The notes under the pieces are model-generated. The model saw only the letters and a program-made list of their open reading frames with translations, was not told the origin of the DNA and searched no databases. Of a DNA stretch of 51,792 nt, positions 51,436 to 51,792 are shown in pieces. The DNA is from Octopus bimaculoides (lineage: Eukaryota), in NCBI RefSeq assembly GCF_001194135.2, contig NC_068983.1, forward strand, positions 104,391,516-104,443,307, written 5' to 3'. Each line of letters begins with the position of its first letter. Positions within the stretch are counted from its first letter, which is position 1. The translations under genes and the position numbers were made by a program.

Positions 51436-51792
51436 TTGATGATAGACGGGGATATAGCATCATACAACGTGGAAGACAATTGGAGATTTCTACAGGACAA
51501 CCTGTTGAGAGCCACAGACCAGATCTGTGGCTGGTGTAAAGTCCCCTCTTGACCCAGAGTAACGTGGTGGTGGAACAAGGATGTAGACGGGGCTATTAGA
51601 CAAAAGAAACAGGCTTGGAAGGACTGGAAGAACGGTGGTAGCAGGGAATTGTACCAATCTGCCAGAAGGGAAGCTAGGCGACAGGTTTATTTAGCCAGAG
51701 GGGAAGCAGATAAGAAAAGATTTGCCAATGTTCTGTGCCGTGAGGACCAAAGACTCGAGGTATTTCGTGTTGCAAGACAGTGTAAGAGAGAG
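51436..51792 (+). mobile_element. Young 5'-truncated RTE LINE running off the window end
   Basis: DIASYNVEDNWRFLQDNLLRATDQICGWCKVPS*PRVTWWWNKDVDGAIRQKKQAWKDWKNGGSRELYQSARREARRQVYLARGEA... with one stop (likely CGA>TGA); GC content well above the flanks. Confidence 0.9.

Overview
AT-rich, repeat-dense eukaryotic genomic DNA with three N gaps. The repeat families (tRNA-headed SINEs with GAT/TAA/CAA tails, RTE, CR1 and R4/Dong LINE relics, long TA/CA microsatellites) look like Octopus; that assignment is inferred from recalled repeat sequences and not verified. The only host gene I can support is the 5' part of TTC14 on the + strand. It has four coding exons (30085-30227, 43706-43827, 48397-48473, 49601-49723) with GT-AG boundaries and mutually consistent phases, and it continues beyond the window. 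Its introns hold a cecropia/Hsmar1-like mariner relic, a near full-length decayed hAT transposase, R4/Dong and RTE LINE pieces, a Helitron and many SINEs. The most interesting observation is a splice-acceptor-like site directly before the hAT ATG that is in phase with TTC14 coding exon 2. It predicts a possible 218-aa TTC14-N/transposase zinc-finger fusion, which is untested. The window also has several local inverted duplications and hairpins, a ~198-bp periodic module, a codon-structured repeat of unknown origin and a degenerate hammerhead-like motif. Most ORFs in the supplied track are microsatellite, gap or TE artefacts. Repeat boundaries are approximate unless exact ends are quoted.
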